Assembly (NCBI GenBank): GCA_024679065.1
Contig: JAGIQG010000004.1
Location: 31,620,001-31,684,000 of the forward strand
Reading direction: 5' to 3'
Source of the DNA: Sphyrna mokarran
Lineage: Eukaryota
DNA: 64,000 nt
Positions 62,831 through 64,000 of the stretch are shown here, piece after piece; position 1 is the stretch's first letter, and each line of letters opens with the position of its first letter. Both the position numbers and the translations under genes were made by a program. Under the pieces are notes generated by a model that saw nothing but the letters and a program-made list of their open reading frames with translations, made no database searches and was not told where the DNA came from.

Positions 62831-63945
62831 TCATAGAGTCACAGAGGTTTACAAAATGGAAACAGGCCCTTCAGCCCAACTTGTCCATGTCACCCTTTGT
62901 TTTTAAAACCCTTAAACTAATCCCAATTGCCCGATTTGGCCCATATCCCTCTATACCCATTGTACCCATGTAATCACCTAAATGCTTTTTAACAGATAAA
63001 ATTGTACTCGCCACCACCACCACCTCTGGCAGCCCATTCCAGACACTTACCACCTTCTGTGTGAAAAAATTGCCCCTCTAAACACTTTTGTATCTCTGCC
63101 CTCTCACCTTAAACCTATGCCCCATACTTTGGGAAAAGATATCTACCTTGTCTATGCCCCTCATTATTTTATAGATCTCTAGAAGGTCACCCCTCAGCCT
63201 CCTACGCTCTAGAAAAAAAAGTCCCATATTCAGCCTCACCTTATAACTCAATCCATCAAGTCCCGGTAGCATCCTAATAAATCTTCTCTGCCTTCTTTCT
63301 AGTTTAATAATATCCTTTCTATAATAGGGTGACCAGAATTGCACACAGTATTTCAAGTGTGGCCTTGCCAATGTCTTGTACAACTTCAAGAAGACATCCT
63401 ACTTCCTGTTAATGTTCTGACCGATGAAACAAAGCATGCCGAATGCCTTCTTTACCACTCTGTCCATCTGTGACTCCACTTTCAAGGAGCAATGAACATG
63501 CACTTCTAGATCTCTTTGTTCTGTAACAATCCCCAATGCCCTAACATTAACTGAGTAAGTCTTGCCTAGTTCAATTTACCAAAATGTATCACCTCGCATT
63601 TATCTAAATTAAACTCTGTCTGCCATTCGTCAGCCCACTGGCTCAATTGATCAACATCCCACTGTAATTGGAGACAACCTTCCTCAGTGTCCAAAATGTC
63701 TCCAATCATCTGCAAACTTACTAACCATGTCCCCTATATTCTCATCCAAATCATTAATATAAATGACAAATAACAGTGGGCCCAGTACCTATTCCTGAGG
63801 TACACTGCTGGTCACAGACCTCCAGTTTGAAGAACCACTCTCTACAACCACCCACTGACTTCAGTCAAGATGCCAATTTTGTATGCATTTAGATACCTCA
63901 TCTTGCAACCTGTAAGACTTAACTTTATGCAACAACTTATCATGC
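62831..63945 (-). mobile_element. 5'-truncated CR1, moderately decayed
   Basis: ORFs 63078..63389 (RPHLKYCVQFWSPYY) and 62871..63053, SVPQE*VLGP, and tail CTCTGTGACTCTATGA. Confidence 0.93.
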
Positions 63946-64000
63946 TGCAGGCAAGGCCAGCATTGGTTGCTCATCCCTAATTGCCTTTTAAGAGCAGTTT

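Overview
This 64-kb window is repeat-rich, non-coding vertebrate DNA, almost certainly from a cartilaginous fish (shark). That assignment is inferred from the repeat set: HER1/CR1-type LINEs, HE1-type V-SINEs, a Deu-domain SINE, Penelope-like pLTRs and Harbinger-type MITEs. I found no credible host protein-coding exon. Every long ORF in the track is a CR1 ORF1/ORF2 piece, its antisense shadow, a decayed Gypsy segment or SINE/MITE noise. The main content is: one near full-length but frameshifted CR1 (about 1.1-5.7 kb), several 5'-truncated CR1s, two decayed Gypsy elements plus a gag/LTR remnant, RTE, Rex1/Babar, Vingi-like and L2 3' ends, three SINE types, many short TIR elements, and AT-rich unique blocks that may be conserved non-coding elements. 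Three observations stand out. (1) A CR1 lineage has a long 3' UTR containing an entire V-SINE; it is retained in two diverged subfamilies, and the tRNA head has been remodelled into two covarying hairpins. (2) Two Penelope-like families carry minimal hammerhead ribozyme cores and form fold-back insertions, one of which starts at the predicted self-cleavage site. (3) V-SINEs occur with swapped (CR1-type versus Rex1/Babar-type) tails. All calls were made by eye; the boundaries of old repeats are approximate (tens of bp).
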